From: Octopus sinensis
Lineage: Eukaryota
Direction of reading: 5' to 3'
NCBI RefSeq assembly: GCF_006345805.1
Contig: NC_043004.1
Location: 34,348,001 to 34,412,000 of the forward strand
Length of the DNA: 64,000 nucleotides
Position numbers and translations under genes: made by a program. Below the pieces are notes generated by a model. That model worked only from the letters and a program-made list of their open reading frames with translations, searched no databases and was not told the origin of the DNA. Below are positions 63,907 through 64,000 of this stretch, piece after piece; the first letter of the stretch is position 1, and each line of letters starts with the position of its first letter.

Positions 63907-64000
63907 TTTACCCTTATGCATTTAAATAGACTATAACAGGGGCCTGTTTCACATTCAAACCAGTCACATCTGGCTTTTCACACCAACCTTAGAATATCAT
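63907..64000 (-). mobile_element. TTAA-MITE fragment running off the window
   Basis: TTACCCTTATGCATTTAAA; same orientation as 31727. Confidence 0.55.

Overview
AT-rich animal DNA made almost entirely of repeats. The SINE, RTE and MITE families and the dense microsatellites resemble those I recall from octopus genomes (inference, no database search run). I found no convincing intact host protein-coding gene, rRNA, tRNA gene or CRISPR array, so the window is probably intergenic or deep intronic. Most ORF-track entries are microsatellite translations. Real coding signal comes from decayed transposons: several R4/Dong-clade retrotransposons (the largest, 59052-62068, has RT, CCHC knuckle and restriction-like endonuclease), plus RTE, L1/Tx1-like, Jockey/CR1-like, Penelope-like, hAT and Tc1/mariner remnants. 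Four things stand out. (i) At 53.9-62.2 kb, seven or eight insertions from about six families sit in (AAT)n tracts, including a ~550-bp non-coding, non-tRNA element present in three copies. (ii) Short Penelope-type elements carry minimal hammerhead ribozyme motifs, one with an intact core. (iii) There are two long fold-back structures (42.3-42.6 kb and 32.2-32.7 kb). (iv) Two SINE-into-SINE insertions hit nearly the same site. Remnant boundaries are approximate, and family assignments come from motifs read by eye.
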